From the NCBI RefSeq assembly GCF_947252345.1, contig NZ_CAMXVC010000001.1, positions 39,544-103,543 of the forward strand: a stretch of DNA of 64,000 nt, given 5' to 3'. How positions within the stretch are numbered: position 1 is the first letter of the stretch; the number at the start of each line of letters is the position of its first letter. Below, one piece after another: positions 58,295 through 64,000 of this stretch. Below the pieces are notes generated by a model. That model was not told the DNA's origin. It did not search any database and saw nothing but the letters and a program-made list of their open reading frames with translations. A program made the position numbers and the translations under genes. This DNA comes from an uncultured Finegoldia sp. Its GTDB lineage: Bacteria > Bacillota > Clostridia > Tissierellales > Peptoniphilaceae.

Positions 58295-58929
58295 TATACT
58301 TCTCCGATTTTTTTGTAAGATACTTCCTCAACTTCTCTCAATAGAACTTCTGATTTATCTTCAAGAGTTGCTATTTCTTCGGAAACTTTGCTACTATCAC
58401 CTAATTGCTTCATATTTATCTTCGCATTCAACATAACAGATTTCATACTGGAATGTAATAAATATGCACTTGCCAACAAGTCTGTTATTGCATATTTATC
58501 GATGTATTTAGATATTTGTTTAATCAATTCTAATGCTTCCATCATAACTCTCGCTGAGGACATTGGCGATTCTGTCGCGATGATGTAACCATCAGCAATC
58601 ATTTTCTTTCTGTAAGCTTTTTCTTCTTCTGTTTCTTTTGGCAATTTGTAAGCTTGAAGAACTGCATCGAAGCTTTTAGTGTCTTCAACCATTTTACCCT
58701 TCAATTCCTCGATGATTTCAGTGAGTCTAGCTACATGACCTTTGATTTTTTGTTGAGTTTCTTCGTCCAATGCTTTGAAAGACTTCTTGTCTTCAGTTAA
58801 GTAGAAACTCATATTACCAATTCCAACACCTAAAAGTGCAGTCAACGCACTGATAGAACCTCCACCTGGCAGTTCCTTTGAGTTAACATTGTCAATAAAT
58901 TGTTCTAATGTTTGATCCATAAACATCAT
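58294..58929 (-). CDS. cyclodeaminase/cyclohydrolase-family protein (FtcD C-domain-like)
   Basis: GGGSISALTALLG motif. Confidence 0.6.
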   Translation of the reverse strand: MMFMDQTLEQFIDNVNSKELPGGGSISALTALLGVGIGNMSFYLTEDKKSFKALDEETQQKIKGHVARLTEIIEELKGKMVEDTKSFDAVLQAYKLPKETEEEKAYRKKMIADGYIIATESPMSSARVMMEALELIKQISKYIDKYAITDLLASAYLLHSSMKSVMLNAKINMKQLGDSSKVSEEIATLEDKSEVLLREVEEVSYKKIGEV

Positions 58930-59735
58930 AGCTCTAATACCTCCATAATCCTTTCTAAATCATCATTCGATAGATATTCTATTTCTATCTTTCCACCTTT
59001 TCTCATCGGCTTGATTTTGACCTTTGTTGAGAATTTTTCTACAAATCTATTTTGTAAATCCATCAAAAATGGGTCTTCGCTTTTCGAAACTTTTTCGATT
59101 TCTCTGACGTTGGTTTTCTTTGTCAACAGTTTGTTGAGAAGACTTCTTCTCTTTTTCGTGTCGTCAATCGCAAGCAAACTCCTCGCCTGAGAAGATGTAA
59201 TCTCTTTGTTTTTGAGATGTTCTAGCGATGTGTCGTCCAGGTTTAACAATCTCAATGTGTTTGCCACATACGACCTTGACTTCGATAATTTGTCCGCCAA
59301 CTCCTTCTGAGTTAACTCATAGCTCTCCATCAAACTCTTGTAAGCTTCGGCTTCTTCGACTGCGTTCAAATCCTCACGTTGAATGTTCTCAATGAGTGAG
59401 ACTTCCCTGACTTCTTTGTCCTCCATATCCTTGACAATTACGGGAATGTCGGTCAAACCAGCTTGCGTACTCGCCAAAAATCTTCTCTCACCGGCGATTA
59501 TCTCGTATTTGTCGCCCTTTTTCCTGACAATAATCGGCGAAATAACCCCGTATTCCTTGATTGAGTTCGCTAGTTCATTAATCTTGTCTTTTTCAAAATA
59601 AGTTCTCGGTTGGTCTTTTCTCCTGATTATTTTGGATAGTTCGATTTTGACAATCGAATCTGAACTTGTCGTATCTATAATATTTTGTGGAATAAGGGCA
59701 TCAAGCCCTCTGCCCAATCCTTTTTTCTTAACCAT
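58926..59735 (-). CDS. parB: chromosome partitioning protein ParB (Spo0J)
   Basis: GLGRGLDAL N-terminus. GERRFLAS. Overlaps parA. Confidence 0.85.
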   Translation of the reverse strand: MVKKKGLGRGLDALIPQNIIDTTSSDSIVKIELSKIIRRKDQPRTYFEKDKINELANSIKEYGVISPIIVRKKGDKYEIIAGERRFLASTQAGLTDIPVIVKDMEDKEVREVSLIENIQREDLNAVEEAEAYKSLMESYELTQKELADKLSKSRSYVANTLRLLNLDDTSLEHLKNKEITSSQARSLLAIDDTKKRRSLLNKLLTKKTNVREIEKVSKSEDPFLMDLQNRFVEKFSTKVKIKPMRKGGKIEIEYLSNDDLERIMEVLEL

Positions 59736-60499
59736 TATACAAATTCCTCCGCTAATCTCTTGTAAGCAATGGCTCCTTTGGAGTTTTTGTCGTAACGAAT
59801 GACGCTCATTCCATAGCTTGGGGCTTCTGCTAATCTAATATTGCGAGGTATCATCGTCGTAAACACCTTGTCTTTGAAGTATTTTTTAACTTCTTCAACC
59901 ACTTCCAAGCTTAGATTGTTCCTACCATCAAACATACTCATCAAGATGCCTTCTATTTCAAGGTTTTCGTTAAGCGAACTTCTCACCAAGTTGATAGTGT
60001 TCATAAGCTGGCTGACCCCTTCAAGTGCGTAAAACTCACATTGGATAGGGATTAAAACCGAATCCGCCGCCACTAGAGCGTTTATGGACAACGTGCCCAA
60101 TGATGGAGGACAATCTACAAAGCAGTAATCATATCCTTTTACATTAGAAAGTATATCCTTCAACACCTTTTCCTTGTTATTTGAATTTATAAGCTCGACC
60201 TCAACGCCTGACAAATCCGATGTCGCTGGGATTATATCGACATTTTCTTCATCCGTGTTCAATATAAAATCCTCGTCAAATTCATCGTGAACCATCAAAT
60301 CGTAGACGCTTTTTGACAATTCAAACTTGTTAACTCCAAATCCAGAAGTCGTGTTTCCCTGTGGGTCCAAGTCAACAACGAGTATTTTTTTGCCTTTCAA
60401 GCCAAGAGCTGCTGACAAATTAACAACAGTAGTCGTTTTTCCAACTCCACCTTTTTGATTAAATACACATATTGTTTTCAAATTTACAGCTCCTTCCAT
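59735..60499 (-). CDS. parA: chromosome partitioning ATPase ParA (Soj)
   Basis: Deviant Walker A KGGVGKTT. Confidence 0.85.
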   Translation of the reverse strand: MEGAVNLKTICVFNQKGGVGKTTTVVNLSAALGLKGKKILVVDLDPQGNTTSGFGVNKFELSKSVYDLMVHDEFDEDFILNTDEENVDIIPATSDLSGVEVELINSNNKEKVLKDILSNVKGYDYCFVDCPPSLGTLSINALVAADSVLIPIQCEFYALEGVSQLMNTINLVRSSLNENLEIEGILMSMFDGRNNLSLEVVEEVKKYFKDKVFTTMIPRNIRLAEAPSYGMSVIRYDKNSKGAIAYKRLAEEFV

Positions 60500-60523
60500 A
60501 AATATTATAGCACAAATAATATG

Positions 60524-61756
60524 CTAAAATGTTTCACGTGAAACATTTTTCAAAATCATAAGGCGAAGCTCGCTGATTGCTCTGTTAGAAACCCTGTTTC
60601 TTATTTTATTTCTCTCTCCGTAAAGCTGTAATTTTAGCGTTTTTATTTCGTTTTTGTATCCTAAACCGATGTAGACAAGACCGGCATTTTCTCCTGAAGC
60701 GTAGCCCGTGGTAGATATCGCGCAATCCACTTGGAATTTGTCGAACATTCTCTGAACCATTTCCGCTGCAACATTTTCGCTCACGACGCCGCAAGTGTCT
60801 ATCGTCTGTTTTTTTACTCCCAGCAAGTCAATCTTTGCCTCATTTGAGTAGACAACCAAAGACCTTTTCAAGTAATCGCTTATACCAGCAACGTTAACGA
60901 GCTTGCTTGCAATCATTCCTCCAGTTATGGACTCGGAAGTCATTATAGTCAAGTCGTTTTCCTTTAAAACTTTGTACAGTGACTGTTCAATCGTTTCGTC
61001 GTTTTCACCAAATACATACACGCCAAGCCTTTCTCGTAGTGTTTTCTTCTTTTCATCTATCATACGAATTGCTGTTTGTTTATCCACTGCCTTCGCTGTA
61101 ATCTTCAATATTCTCTTGTTCTTCTTGAAATAAGGGGCGACCGTAGGATTTGTTGACGATTGGATAATGTCCTTGACCCTTTCATTCATATCCCACTCAC
61201 CCAAGATTGAAATGTTCAACGTCTCCGATAAAATGCAGTCACTCGCGTATTTTTTCAAAACATCTTCAACCTGATTTTCGTATAAAGCCTTCATCTCGCT
61301 TGGTGGACCCGGCATAAAAAGTATCATTTTGCCGTTGTTTTCTATCAACGCACAATCCGATGTGCCATTTCTGTTTTCAAATACAATCGCATCTTCGGGA
61401 AACATACACTGGCTGATGTTTGTTTCAATCGCATTTTCATCCTCGTTGAAGTATTTGCGGAGACGAAGGTAGCTTTCCTCGTTAATCACCATTTCCTTGC
61501 CCAGACAATCACAGCAGCATTTCTTGGTGATATCGTCCTCCGTTGGTCCGAGACCTCCTGTGGTTATAATGAGGTCATTGTTTTGCAAAGCCTCTGTTAT
61601 TTCTCTGTGCAATCTTTCGTAATTATCTCCGACCACCACTCTTTTATACAAATCGAATCCGAGCTCTTTCATTTTGATGGAAAGGTAGTTGGAATTGGTG
61701 TCCAAAGTGTCTCCCAAGAGTAATTCCGTCCCTACGGCTATTATTTGAACTTTCAT
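60524..61756 (-). CDS. cinA: competence/damage-inducible protein CinA
   Basis: 410 aa. MocF/CinA N-domain (IIAVGTELLLG) plus C-terminal CinA domain. Confidence 0.8.
   Translation of the reverse strand: MKVQIIAVGTELLLGDTLDTNSNYLSIKMKELGFDLYKRVVVGDNYERLHREITEALQNNDLIITTGGLGPTEDDITKKCCCDCLGKEMVINEESYLRLRKYFNEDENAIETNISQCMFPEDAIVFENRNGTSDCALIENNGKMILFMPGPPSEMKALYENQVEDVLKKYASDCILSETLNISILGEWDMNERVKDIIQSSTNPTVAPYFKKNKRILKITAKAVDKQTAIRMIDEKKKTLRERLGVYVFGENDETIEQSLYKVLKENDLTIMTSESITGGMIASKLVNVAGISDYLKRSLVVYSNEAKIDLLGVKKQTIDTCGVVSENVAAEMVQRMFDKFQVDCAISTTGYASGENAGLVYIGLGYKNEIKTLKLQLYGERNKIRNRVSNRAISELRLMILKNVSRETF
60530..60545. promoter_or_regulatory. parS site (perfect consensus TGTTTCACGTGAAACA)
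   Basis: Exact 16-bp palindrome, embedded in a 24-bp perfect palindrome, between parA and cinA. Confidence 0.8.
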
Positions 61757-61865
61757 ATTTCCTCCATATCATAATACCTTTTTTTGATTTTACCCCTCTT
61801 AAATCGCCTCTCAGAGAGTTGTTTTTTCTCAATTAAATTATATCACTTAATTCGTCCGAGAAAAA

Positions 61866-61881
61866 AGTTTCACGTGAAACA
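61866..61881. promoter_or_regulatory. parS site (AGTTTCACGTGAAACA, 15/16 match)
   Basis: Between cinA and rsmG. Confidence 0.7.
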
Positions 61882-61892
61882 TTTTATAAAAG

Positions 61893-61920
61893 AAAAAAGA
61901 GTGCATCTTAAATGCACTCT
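61893..61920 (-). terminator. rho-independent terminator of rsmG
   Basis: Minus-strand AGAGTGCAT-TTAA-GATGCACTCT plus TTTTTT. Confidence 0.6.
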
Positions 61921-61935
61921 AGTTAATTTTCAAAA

Positions 61936-62628
61936 TCAAAGAGGATTCTTTTTTGGTTTGCCAGCTCCTCTTGGATATTTTTTTGGAGTTTCTTTTATTT
62001 TTTTAATCACGACTAGACTTCTGTCTTCGCCGTCAATCTTGTAATCAATTGTCTTTTCGATTTTTCCTCCGAGAATTTTGATGGCGTTAGTTCCCACATC
62101 TGTTTCGTCGGATTTGCCCTTCATAGCAATCATATATCCTCCGACTTTTACAAATGGAAGACAATACTCGGACAATGTGTCGAGTTTCGAAACTGCACGG
62201 GAAATACAGTAGTCGTAAGCCTCCCTGTACTGTTTTGTTCTCGTGCATTCCTCTGCCCTTTCGTGAACGGCGTTGATATTAGTGAGTTTCAGTTCATTTA
62301 TTACATCTTTTAAGAAATCAACTCTTTTTCTCAGGCTGTCGAGCAACGTGAAGTCCAAATCGTTCCTCGCTATTTTTAATGGTATCGCTGGAAATCCGGC
62401 ACCCGTTCCTACGTCGATAATTGTTTTGTTTTTTTCAAATTCAAACAGATTTAAAACGTACAACGAATCGACAAAATGTTTCACGTGAAACATTTCTTCA
62501 TCGGTTATGGCGGTCAAGTTCATCACCTTGTTTTTTTCGAGAACTAAGCTCATATAAGTGTTGAGTTGTTGTATTTGATTGTCGTCAAGTTCGATGTCGT
62601 ATTTCAAAAGCGTTTCTTTTAGTGGCAT
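61936..62628 (-). CDS. rsmG: 16S rRNA (guanine527-N7)-methyltransferase RsmG
   Basis: GidB-like length. SAM-binding DVGTGAGFP. Confidence 0.85.
   Translation of the reverse strand: MPLKETLLKYDIELDDNQIQQLNTYMSLVLEKNKVMNLTAITDEEMFHVKHFVDSLYVLNLFEFEKNKTIIDVGTGAGFPAIPLKIARNDLDFTLLDSLRKRVDFLKDVINELKLTNINAVHERAEECTRTKQYREAYDYCISRAVSKLDTLSEYCLPFVKVGGYMIAMKGKSDETDVGTNAIKILGGKIEKTIDYKIDGEDRSLVVIKKIKETPKKYPRGAGKPKKNPL
62477..62492. promoter_or_regulatory. parS site (perfect consensus) inside the rsmG coding sequence
   Basis: TGTTTCACGTGAAACA flanked by AAA/TTT. Confidence 0.75.
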
Positions 62629-64000
62629 TATTTCTTCCTCGTTTCCATATAAATCAACAACACGTTGATGTCTGACGGGCTGACTCCGCTTATTCTGCTG
62701 GCTTGTCCGAGAGATTCCGGCTTAATGTCGTTGAGCTTTTGCACAGCTTCGTTGGAAAGTCCCGTGACTTCGTGGTAGTCGCTAATCACATCGAGTTTTC
62801 TGTTTTCAAGCTTTTTAAACTGTTTTATCTGGCTCATTTGCTTAGCGATATAGCCTTCGTATTTGATGTGAGTTTCCACTTGTAACCTCAAATACCTCGG
62901 CAATTCAGGTCTTTCTGAGTCAAATTCTTCTGTCTTATCGTAAGTCAATTCCGGTCTTTTTATCAAATCCAACAAAGTGATTCCCGTTTTTAGCTCCGAT
63001 GAATCCAAAGCTCTGAGTTTTTCGTTTGTTTCTTCTGTCGGAGTGACCATCACGTTCGACAACCTCTCAATTTCGTCCTCGATTGTCTTTTTCTTTTGAA
63101 GCATTTTCTCGTATCGTTCGTCACTTGCAAGACCTATTTCGTGCGCTCTTTCCGTCAATCTCAAATCGGCGTTGTCCTGTCTCAATGTCAATCTGTATTC
63201 GCACCTGCTCGTCATCATCCTGTAAGGCTCGTTTGTGCCTTTGGTTACCAAATCGTCTATCAACACACCGATGTAGGCATCCGACCTGTCCAGTACAAAA
63301 GGCTCTTTGCCGAGCAAATTCATACCAGCGTTGATTCCTGCGATTATTCCCTGACCGGCAGCTTCTTCATATCCGCTTGAACCGTTGATTTGTCCTGCGA
63401 AGAATAAATTATTTATCTCCAAATGCTCCAATGTCCTCTTTAATATCGTAGGATCTATGCAATCGTACTCGATTCCGTAGGCGCTGCGCATAAATTTCAC
63501 GTTTTCAAAGCCGATTATGGTCTTATACATCTCTTTTTGTACTTCTTCCGGTAGAGTCGATGACACACCTTGAACGTACATTTCCTTTGTGCTCAATCCT
63601 TCTGGCTCGACAAAAACTTGATGCTCGTCCCTTTCCGAAAATCTCACGATTTTGTCCTCGATTGAAGGACAATAGCGAGGGCCAACGCCCTTGACAATTC
63701 CAGCATACATCGGCGACCTTTGCAAATTATCCTCGATTATTTGCTTTGTTTTAAGCGTAGTATATGTCAAGTAACAGTTTTCTTGTTTTTTAGAAATATC
63801 CTTGCCATCATTCAAAAACGAAAATGGAATTACCTCGTTGTCTCCCGGTTGAACTACCATTTTGTCATAATCTAAGCTGTCGCGGTGAACTCTCGCAGGT
63901 GTTCCCGTCTTGAACCTTCTGAGATTGATTCCCAACTTCTTCAATGACTCCGACAATTTCTTCGATGATTTCATCCCGTGAGGCCCTGACTCGTAAGTAT
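62628..64000 (-). CDS. mnmG: tRNA uridine 5-carboxymethylaminomethyl modification enzyme MnmG (GidA), C-terminal two thirds; the 5' end lies beyond the window
   Basis: [18 protein letters not shown] and the C-terminal [14 protein letters not shown]. The open frame continues past position 64000. Confidence 0.85.
   Translation of the reverse strand, partial: TYESGPHGMKSSKKLSESLKKLGINLRRFKTGTPARVHRDSLDYDKMVVQPGDNEVIPFSFLNDGKDISKKQENCYLTYTTLKTKQIIEDNLQRSPMYAGIVKGVGPRYCPSIEDKIVRFSERDEHQVFVEPEGLSTKEMYVQGVSSTLPEEVQKEMYKTIIGFENVKFMRSAYGIEYDCIDPTILKRTLEHLEINNLFFAGQINGSSGYEEAAGQGIIAGINAGMNLLGKEPFVLDRSDAYIGVLIDDLVTKGTNEPYRMMTSRCEYRLTLRQDNADLRLTERAHEIGLASDERYEKMLQKKKTIEDEIERLSNVMVTPTEETNEKLRALDSSELKTGITLLDLIKRPELTYDKTEEFDSERPELPRYLRLQVETHIKYEGYIAKQMSQIKQFKKLENRKLDVISDYHEVTGLSNEAVQKLNDIKPESLGQASRISGVSPSDINVLLIYMETRKK

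Noticed and set aside
58926-59735. Considered calling the ParB-family gene Noc
   Set aside because: It directly follows parA in an overlapping operon and is the only ParB paralogue present. It is annotated as ParB/Spo0J, and a Noc-versus-Spo0J phylogeny would settle the assignment.

Overview
This window is a low-GC (about 30% GC) Firmicutes chromosome segment, probably from a Clostridia/Tissierellia-type anaerobe. It ends in the origin-proximal gene block mnmG(partial)-rsmG-cinA-parA-parB, which carries three consensus parS sites. It is densely coding, mostly with housekeeping genes: pyruvate carboxylase, pta, mnmA plus a cysteine desulfurase, panE, a CBS-domain family-II pyrophosphatase, rubrerythrin, ybaK-gshA-gshB, a P-type cation ATPase, M20 peptidases, an ABC importer and a TraX protein. 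The noteworthy content is as follows.
- A yybP-ykoY (Mn2+) riboswitch with a terminator expression platform lies in the leader of the P-type ATPase.
- A glycine/betaine-reductase protein-B module (grdX-grdE-grdB) sits next to a YkvI-family transporter. grdB is a selenoprotein with an in-frame UGA at 49105-49107 and a SECIS-like hairpin just 3' of it, which the ORF track splits into two ORFs. A tRNA 2-selenouridine synthase (mnmH) is also present.
- Three toxin-less type II antitoxin genes are present. A RelB/RHH-like gene and hicB sit in a roughly 1 kb islet flanked by a duplicated terminator sequence. A mazE-like gene lies elsewhere.
- A NERD-domain gene is inserted at the 3' end of an isochorismatase-family gene. 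The insertion is flanked by an approximately 42-bp duplicated gene end that differs mostly at synonymous positions.
- A 1196-aa surface protein combines CWB2 cell-wall-binding repeats, a 12-bp Thr/Ser microsatellite, internalin-like LRRs, an Ig-like domain and a near-identical 375-bp tandem duplication.
- A compact operon encodes a prepilin-peptidase-like protein and four (pseudo)pilins, with no ATPase or platform gene.
- There are several gene remnants and possible frameshifts.
No CRISPR array, rRNA or tRNA was recognised.
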